From the NCBI GenBank assembly GCA_000388065.2, contig KB932201.1: a DNA stretch of 64,000 nt; one strand, given 5' to 3'. Within the stretch, counting starts at the first letter, position 1, and the number at the start of each line of letters is the position of its first letter. The stretch comes from Fonticula alba ATCC 38817. Lineage: Eukaryota; Protista; Nucleariida. Below, piece by piece: positions 56,201-64,000 of the stretch. A program made the translations under genes and the position numbers. The notes beneath the pieces were generated by a model. The model saw only the letters and a program-made list of their open reading frames with translations, searched no databases and had not been told where the DNA came from.

Positions 56201-57836
56201 TTTGCCCCAGCACATTGACCCGAAGGGCGGGCCGCCGACCCCGGCGGCCGAGTGTGCCGAATGGCTGGCCGCCGGATTGGCTGCCGCCAGCAATGTCCCG
56301 GGCATCGGCGAAACCGAGGCCCTGGGTTTGGTCCGTGCTCACCAGCCGGCCCTGCTGGCTTGGTATGGGTGGCTGGCCTCCGGGCTGTGCCGGTTGCTTG
56401 TTTCGGATCGGGCATCCGGCTCGGTGGAACTGTCGGCCATCTATGACTTGGCCGACGATTGGACCAGCGAAACGGCCGGCGACGCCTTTTCCGCCAGCGT
56501 CCAGCGCCTTCGGGAGCAGCTGATGTTCTGCGGCACCGATGCGGAAGACCCTCCGGCGAGTGCCGATGAGCAAGTGTCTGCCCCTTTGCGATTGGCGTCG
56601 CTGGCTGGCCGGTCGCTGTTGCTCGGTCTGTCTACCGGTCGCTGGAAGCGCGTGATCATCTGCGTCAATAATGCCGGAGCATGTGCGGTCCTTGGAGCCT
56701 TGCCCTTCGCACGCCTACTCCTGTCCTATGATGGGCCGGTGCTTGGGGCGACGTCCGCCTCCGGGGCTTCGACTGATGTCCCAGCCCCGGTGGTGTACCT
56801 GGCCGCCAACTCGTATCCCGCGTCCGACGACATCACCTGCCATGAGCTTCAATCTCTGTTGCAGCTGGCCACCGAGGATGATCCCGATCGCCCGGTCGAC
56901 CCGGTTCTCCGGGGGGCATTCCACTCGGAGTACGTTGTCGCGCATGATTTGGTTCTTTTTTCTTTCTCCGGCTGGTGTTTCCGTTCCATGGCGCCCAGGT
57001 TCCAGCCCTCGGGGTGGAGGGGCTGGGGATCTCCCGTGCTTTGCCGCCGCTGCCGCTGCCGTGGCCGCTGCCGTTGCCGTTTCTGCCGCTGTCTATACGA
57101 CTGCCTCTCACATACCTCACCCTCTGTGTCCTCCTCTATGTCCTCCCCCCCCCCCCTCCCACCTCGCTATTTACTTCGGAAAAAAAAACACAGGCGCCTT
57201 CAGGTCATCCCAACCGGCACCGGCGGGACCTGCCTCAGTCTGGCTCGGGTCTCAAGTCTCCTCAGTGAAATCGCCACGCCGGGATTCGTGCCGGAGTCTG
57301 GGTCCACCACTCCGCGGGGCCCCCCCACGCCCCGGGCACCGGCGGCCGTCAGCTCAACAGCGAATGCCACGGCGGCATCCACGCGCGCTGACTCCCAGCC
57401 TGACGTCGGCCCGATGCCGCCAGCCCCGCCGATCACCCTGACCGGGCCATCGCTGGCCTCGGCCACCCCACCACGGGAGACCTCGGACACGCTTCTCATC
57501 TTGCTCGGTGCTGGCCGGGCTTTGCACACCAATCTCCTGGCTAGCTTCAATTGCGATGTGCTAAAGGTGGCCGTGGTGAAGGACGCCTCGATTGCGGTGT
57601 CCTGCAGTCTGTACGCCGATGCGTGGTTCCGCTCGAATGGCGGGCCAGTCGGTGCGTCTTCGGCCACAACCGGGCCGGCTGTCGGCAATGGCGGCGAGCA
57701 GCCCGGCAACTGGGCCTTCCAAGTGGGCGATCCGTTTGTGGCCTTCGAGGACTTCGGCCTGATCGACCGCCTGGAGCCGAATCTCCAGCACCGGGCGACG
57801 CTGGTGAATCAGGCTGCTGCCAATGAAATCATGTAG
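53230..57836 (+). CDS. Type II pantothenate kinase fused to a DUF89/ARMT1-like domain (PANK4-type architecture), 5 exons
   Basis: Exon 2 from 53917: GLDLGGSLSKVVYF, ATGGGAHKF, CDEMLALIRG, YPYLLVNIGSGVS, FQRVGGTSLGGGTLWGL. Exon 3: NVDMLVGDIYG, TIASSFGK, NNIGQIAYL, IYFGGSFLR, LRHDGYLGALG. DUF89 part: WLSIASLLNLQEQCLHEF, DPLINLKLHRN, LPFAR, LAANSYPASDDIT, GRALHTN. Stop at 57836. Confidence 0.9.
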
Positions 57837-58316
57837 ACCAAGCGTTGGCACATATCCAATACAATAGCTCGTAACGTTGTCAGCAGCGCTTCCCCGCCAA
57901 CCGCGGGTCCGCATGCGTGCGTACTGCCTTTTCCGGCCGAGGGGCGGCGTCCGGGCAGGGGCCGGCGATGGTTGTCTTTGCCAGACACACACACACACAC
58001 ACACACACACACTCAGCTCTTGTTCCCGGGGGGAGGGGGCGCGGGGTGGCGGAGGCCTTGCCAGCAGCCCGGGCGTTGAAAAGGCGCCCACCGTCAGAGG
58101 GGGCCCCTCGGCGAGGACGAGTCACTTCTCCCGCCCCTCCCTCCCCCCCCTCCTCCTCCACTCGCAAACATCCGCCGTCGCGCCTCTCCCCTCGACCTCT
58201 CGCTTTTCTCCTAGTCACCCCGGCCTGCCTTTCCTCCACCGCGCTTCCGTCTCTCTCTCTCTCCTCCCCTTCCTCTCTCTCCGCCCATCTCGGCCTTTCG
58301 CCCCTTTTTCTTGGCC

Positions 58317-59701
58317 ATGTCGCTTGCACACACGACGTCGCAGGAGCTTGAGATCCATCTGGACGCTCTGCCTTATGCCGAGGGTGATGCCCTGCAGCCG
58401 CGTACGCCCAACTTGCTTCTCTCCTTGCCGCCCACGCCCATCCGCGCCAATGCCCTCCCCTCCATACACACACATATACATGCGTCTGGGCTCACTCTAA
58501 CACCAAGAGTCCGTGCCGCCAATCAGAGGAGCGCGCTGCCGTTCGGCGTCAGATTGAGGCAGCCATGCGTCACAACCCCCCCCGGTCGGACTACCTTGCG
58601 CCGCTGGGCCTTTCGGAAGAGGGTGATTTCTTCAAGGTTCGCCCCTCGCCCTTCTGATCGCATGCCGGTCAGTCTGTGTGCTAACGAGCAGTGTTGCCTT
58701 TCTGCATGTGCTCTCTCTCTCTCTCTCTCGGGCCGACCTCTCCTGCCCCGCTCTCCCCCCCCCCCCTCAGGACCACCCGGCCTTGCAAGCCGAGATGGAA
58801 CGCATTCGCCGTGGTCTCCCGATGGAGCATGGCCTGGATCGGACCCGCTTGCAGTTGCCACAGCCCGGGTCGGGTGCGGCGGTGATTGCCGACCCCGCGG
58901 CCGAGCCCGGCACTGAGGCCGATGCTCAGAAGGAGCGCACCGACCCGGCCTGCTGGGAGCGTGCCGTCCGGAATGCCGAGGCCCAGCTCTCGCATCAGCA
59001 CATCCGGTGTGTACTCGCCATAAGCCAGCCAGCCTGGTTGGGCTTTCGCCTTTCGTCGCCGTGGCTCTGCTTTCTTTTTGCCCGTCAACTGACACCCGGC
59101 CCCTCCTCCACCGACTCACCGCTCTTCTCTCTCCCTCTCTCTCCCTCCCTCCCTCCCTCTGCTTGTGTGGGTGTGGGTGTGTGCTGAAAGTATCTCCAAC
59201 CTTGAGCTTCTTCAGAAGTTTGGCGCCGACGCCTGGCCCGCGCACTTGTTCAATATGCAGGCCCTGCTGGATCGACGCAATGCGGAGCTTTCTCGGTCGC
59301 GTTCCAGCATCGCGTCCACCAATCGCGCGCGTCGCTTCCTCCACATCACCTCAGCAACTCGAATCAACCGGGCTGCCCGGCGGTGGGAAGACTTGGTGGA
59401 ATCGGCACATGGTGCGACTGCCGCCGCGCGAGAGCTCGAGCCGCAGGTGATCCGCATGCGTCAGGAGCTGGCCGAGCTCCAGGAGAAGCTTGCCCACTAT
59501 GAAGCCACCTCGCAGGAGGCTGAGGCTCGGCGCCAGGCGATTATCCGCCAGATGGAGGAGTCGCTGGTTGGCACTGTCAAGAGCGGCGTAGCCGAGCCGG
59601 AGCCCGCCACTGCGGTCGATCGCCCGTCGACCGGTGACGCCGATGTCGGTGCCAAGGCCGACGTCGAGGTGAATGACACCAACGACACGGACGAGGAGTG
59701 A
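58317..59701 (+). CDS. BCAS2: Pre-mRNA splicing factor SPF27 / BCAS2, 4 exons
   Basis: LDALPYAE; ALQAEMERIRRG; WERAVRNAEAQLSHQHIR-ISNLELLQKFGADAW; INRAARRWEDLV. These match recalled BCAS2 motifs DALPY, AQLEHQ, RIENLELM...NAW. Stop at 59701. Confidence 0.88.
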
Positions 59702-59980
59702 TGGGCATGTGGCGCGGCGTGATATATGGCCCCCATATGAAAAGAGGCCCTCGTCGAACTGGCCAGAGAGCCCCCCACTGCGCTCTGCCAGCCAATCCCA
59801 GTGGCTGGCGCGCGCAGTTGTCCCCTCTTTTGAGTCCCAAGGGAGAAAAACCATCAAAACCCGAAATACAACATACCAACAACACCGAAGTTGCCTCGTT
59901 TCCCGAATGCAGATTGTGTACATACGCCGGCGCGCTGCCATTGTTCCGGCTAAGGACAAAGGATGCAAAGCGGAGGAGCA

Positions 59981-60036
<56 letters not shown>

Positions 60037-60395
60037 CCAAATCAACAGGCACACTGTTTCAGACGAGCTGGTACTATTTATATCTGGAGAAAAAAGGGGG
60101 AGTACAGAGAGGGGAAGGGAGGAAGGGTGGCAAGACGACACACAGGCGAGCATGACACCTCTCCCCCGGCCAAAGGAAGGGGGGATGGGCCAGGGGAAGA
60201 GAGGCGGGCATGAAAAGCCAGTAGGTCACACATCCGCTCCAGGGAGGTGAAGAGGGGATCGGAGGGAGGGGGCGCGCCACCGCGAACGGCCACAGACTCT
60301 CAGGATGTCAAGACACGTGTGTACGTGCCCGCGCACAAAGGCGCGGTGGGGGGAAGGAAGGGGCAGGAGAGCAGGCAAGAGGAAGGCCTTGGGCT

Positions 60396-62218
60396 TTACT
60401 TCAGCTCCAGGAGCAGAGACTGCGGGGTCTGGAGGAGCTCGCCCCAGCGGCGAGAGAAGCGGGCCATGGTGGCGCCATCGATGACACGATGGTCCGCGGA
60501 CCAGGAGACCTGCATGACATCAGCCGGGTAGAGAGACCCATCGGCGGCATAGCGGGGGAGCTTCTGAATGCGACCGACGGCGCCGATGCACACCTCCGGG
60601 TGGACGACGATCGGCTTCATGTAGGTGCCGCCAATGGCACCGATGTTAGAAATGGTGAAGGTGCCGCCAGAAAGGTCCGCCGCGCCGAGAGCACCACGCA
60701 TGGCCAGGTCATGCAGTCGCTTTAGCTCCTGGGCAATGTCGATGATGGAGAGGTCCTGGACGTTCTTGATGTTCGGGACAATCAGACCGTTGGGAGTGTC
60801 CATGGCAACGCCGATGTTGTGGGCAGCCTTAATGTGAAGGGTGGTCTCATCGGCGGAGACCGAGCTGTTGAGGGTGGGATAGTCACGCAGAGCCAGCGAG
60901 GCGGCCTTGATGAAGAAGGGCATGTAGGTGAGCTTCTCCACGCCACGAGAGGCGGCGATCGGGGAGAGGGCCTTGCGAAGAGCGGACAGGTCGTTGAGGA
61001 TGAGCTGGGTGGGGGGTGGGTGGGGGGGGGAGGAGCGGGGGGACAACAGGGGGGAAAGGGACGAAGAAAGAGCAAGGACAGACAGAGAGGAGAGGAGGAA
61101 AAACAAGGTGAAGGTCAAGTGGTTAGTGTGAATGGGAGGGGGGAGGGGGAGCGAAGCAGGAACAAAACATCAGACAAGACACATGTCGGGCGTGTGAAGG
61201 GAAAAAAGAAAAGGGGGCAGGGCTCCCACCAGCGGGATGCCCCGATGCCCGAGCGCACCTCGTCGCAGTAGCCGAAGTGAGGGACCTTGCTCCAAGACTC
61301 GTTCATGCTCTTGACCATGGCGCGCTGGTAGCCGCGGATGGGGCGGAGCTCGTCGCCGGCAACCGGCTTGGGCGGGGCAGCCGGGGTGACCGGGGCAGCC
61401 GGAGCAGCCGGGGCAGCGGCGGCGACCGGGGCGGCGGCGGCGGCCGGGGCGCCACCAGAAACGAAGGCCAGAATATCGGACTTCAGAACGCGACCATTGT
61501 TGCCGGTGCCGGGGACCATGCGGATATCGATGTTGTGCTCGCGGGCAATGCGGCGAACAGCCGGGGTGGCCAGAGCGAAGGCGGCCACGGCACCAGGGGT
61601 GGCGGAGATGGACTGCACAGCCTCGGCGACGGAGGTGGCGGTGAAGGCGGCGGCCGGGGCAGCGGCAGCGGCGGGGGCGGCAGCAGAGGCAGCGGCACCA
61701 CCAGTCTCCGGGACGTCGATCTCCACGAGCGGGTGGCCGACACGAGCCATGTCGCCGGTGTTGTACATCAGACGCTTGACGGTACCGGTGTAGCGGCTGG
61801 TGATCTCGACAGCGGCCTTGTCAGACTGGACCTCGCAGATGGGGTCGAACTCGTTGACGAAGTCGCCCTCCTTGATGTGCCTGGGAAGGGGCGGGGGAGG
61901 GAGGGGGATGCATTAGTATGCAGAGATGCAGAGTCAGCAAAAGGGAAGGAGAGCGTAGGGGATGGGGGGGGGCAGGAGGGACGGGAGGGACGGGAGGAAC
62001 GGGGAAAAATACAGGTGGTGGATTGAGCGCGGAGGAGTGATGACCACGCACCAGTTGAGGACCTCGCACTCGACGATACCCTCGCCGACATCGGTCAGCA
62101 GGTAGGGCACAATGGCGGCCGGGGTCTGGGAAGTGTGGAACTGGGCGGCCGACAGGGCGGCGCGACGACCAGTCGAGGCAACGATGCCCTGGGCGACGGA
62201 CAGAGAGCGGGACAGCAT
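60396..62218 (-). CDS. DBT: Branched-chain alpha-keto acid dehydrogenase E2 (dihydrolipoamide branched-chain transacylase), 3 exons
   Basis: Mitochondrial-type presequence [10 protein letters not shown]. Lipoyl domain [13 protein letters not shown]...[15 protein letters not shown]. Binding domain [17 protein letters not shown]...[12 protein letters not shown]. Catalytic domain [35 protein letters not shown]. Stop at 60396. Confidence 0.93.
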
Positions 62219-62376
62219 GGTGACCTGCGCGACGTGCGTTGGCCGGGAGGGGGACGGCGTCAGCAAGACGGAAGACGGGGGGTGGGGGGGGGAGAGGAGG
62301 AAACAGGGTGCCTCGCGGGGAGGCGGGAGGGGGGAGGCATCAACGAACGCCAAGCAAAGGCCTCAGGGCCCCACAG

Positions 62377-62832
62377 NNNNNNNNNNNNNNNNNNNNNNNN
62401 NNNNNNNNNNNNNNNNNNNNNNNNNNNNNNNNNNNNNNNNNNNNNNNNNNNNNNNNNNNNNNNNNNNNNNNNNNNNNNNNNNNNNNNNNNNNNNNNNNNN
62501 NNNNNNNNNNNNNNNNNNNNNNNNNNNNNNNNNNNNNNNNNNNNNNNNNNNNNNNNNNNNNNNNNNNNNNNNNNNNNNNNNNNNNNNNNNNNNNNNNNNN
62601 NNNNNNNNNNNNNNNNNNNNNNNNNNNNNNNNNNNNNNNNNNNNNNNNNNNNNNNNNNNNNNNNNNNNNNNNNNNNNNNNNNNNNNNNNNNNNNNNNNNN
62701 NNNNNNNNNNNNNNNNNNNNNNNNNNNNNNNNNNNNNNNNNNNNNNNNNNNNNNNNNNNNNNNNNNNNNNNNNNNNNNNNNNNNNNNNNNNNNNNNNNNN
62801 NNNNNNNNNNNNNNNNNNNNNNNNNNNNNNNN
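62377..62832. other. Assembly gap followed by a ~63-nt poly-G run (62833-62895)
   Basis: Run of N, then a G homopolymer. Confidence 1.
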
Positions 62833-62896
<64 letters not shown>

Positions 62897-63049
62897 GGGC
62901 ACAGCTCGAGGCAAAGGTGAAGGGAGGACGGTTTTCTATTGGAGCAAGAGGAAGGGAGGAGGGGAAGGGAGCAGACGAAGCGGGGCACATGACAATGCTC
63001 TGTCCCTCTCCGCGCCCTAATCCTCAAGAGGAGACGAGAGGGGGAGAAA

Positions 63050-63102
<53 letters not shown>

Positions 63103-63676
63103 GACAATTAGCGCGCCTCCCTCCCCACTGGCACGCCAGGGAATCGAAACAGGGGGGAGGGGAAAGGACAGACGAGGAGAGGGGCGGCAGGGGGGAAGGA
63201 AGGGCGAGCGACCACCAGAAGGGGGAGCCTGCCCTTCGTGCTCCTTTTTGGTGCGGACAAGATGAACATAGGCGCATGCCCGACATCATACCCCACATGC
63301 ATAGGAGGGGGGAGGAGGAGGGGAGGGAGTTGTCCAAGCGCGTATGAACACGCTGGGCTGAATTGAGAAGAACTCAGGCTCAATTCATCCCTCGGGGGAA
63401 GAGACGAGATATGGGGAAAGGGATGGGGGGATATACTGCGCCAAGGAGCACATGTTGCTGATGGAGTTGTGAGGAGAAGGGGACGGAGAGGGCGCCGGCC
63501 AACGTTGCGCGGGGAGGGAATCGCGTGTGTGTGTGTGCGCGCACGCGCGCCCAATAAAGTACACTGGGGAGGAAGGAGAGGAGGGGGGGGGGGGAGTGCA
63601 CACAGTGACGCAATGACGCCGGGGGAGGGGGGAGGGGGGGGGGATGGAGGGGAGGGGAGGGGCATCTCAAGCCCCA

Positions 63677-64000
63677 TCACTCGTCGACAGGCAGTTTCTC
63701 GATCTGGCGGATGAGGAAGTTCTTCTCCTCGGCAAACTGATTGTCATTACGGGTGCGCTCCTCCTGGAAGGTGGACAGGAAGGTCAAGATCTGCCGGCGG
63801 TTCTTGGTCAGCAGACCCAGGATCTCCGGGGCCTTGTTGGGATTGGCCACGAAGACCTTGAAGACATGGAAGGCCTCATACTGCACGTTGCGGGACCGGT
63901 CGCGCAGGAGAACCATGATGAGCTTCAGGTTGTTCGAGTGACTAATGTAACGGGTCATGATGTTGAAGTTGACACGCTCGAGGAGAAGCTCACCCAGGAG
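63677..64000 (-). CDS. CAB39: MO25/CAB39/Hym1 scaffold protein, 3' end only (continues beyond the window)
   Basis: [20 protein letters not shown]...[33 protein letters not shown]...[15 protein letters not shown] matches the recalled CAB39 C-terminus. Confidence 0.93.
   Translation of the reverse strand, partial: LLGELLLERVNFNIMTRYISHSNNLKLIMVLLRDRSRNVQYEAFHVFKVFVANPNKAPEILGLLTKNRRQILTFLSTFQEERTRNDNQFAEEKNFLIRQIEKLPVDE

Noticed and set aside
2241-59701. Apparent functional clustering (three spliceosomal genes PPIL3, C9orf78, BCAS2; CoA-related PanK near DBT)
   Set aside because: The genes are far apart and interleaved with unrelated genes. This density of housekeeping categories is expected by chance in a compact genome.
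1-64000. CRISPR arrays, tRNA/rRNA genes, transposase or reverse transcriptase ORFs
   Set aside because: No repeat-spacer array, cloverleaf/T-loop signature, rRNA motif or transposon domain was recognised by eye. tRNAscan-SE and Infernal were not run.

Overview
Gene-dense, very GC-rich eukaryotic genomic DNA. It has short spliceosomal introns (donors mostly GTGCGT/GTACGT/GTATGT, CTGAC/CTAAC-like branch sites), many (CA)n, (CT)n and poly-C/G tracts, and four assembly gaps. Composition and the Cys-rich receptor kinase suggest an early-branching opisthokont protist such as Fonticula (inference only). Gene models were assembled by hand from splice signals and recalled protein-family motifs, with no database searches. 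In order: CIB1-like EF-hand protein (+), cyclophilin PPIL3 (-), CDF/ZnT1-like zinc transporter (-), giant furin-repeat receptor TKL kinase of about 2700 aa (+), ABC1/ADCK2-like kinase (+), HAT1 (+), intronless MRH+PSI type-I receptor (-), syntaxin-6/Tlg1 (+), orphan 7TM protein (-), SAMHD1-like dNTPase (-), C9orf78/Tls1 (+), small 2-TM ORF (+), PIG-Q/GPI1 (+), pantothenate kinase-DUF89 fusion (+), BCAS2/SPF27 (+), DBT E2 (-), and the 3' end of MO25/CAB39 (-). Best leads: (1) a PANK4-type fusion with intact kinase residues but a degenerate phosphatase site, the reverse of human PANK4; (2) an ABC1 kinase with the VAVK lysine replaced by Thr; (3) a 2-TM ORF separated from PIG-Q by one in-frame UGA; (4) an exitron-like 240-nt insert in CIB; (5) an exact 34-bp intergenic repeat; (6) the receptor architectures. 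No CRISPR array, rRNA, tRNA or transposase was recognised.
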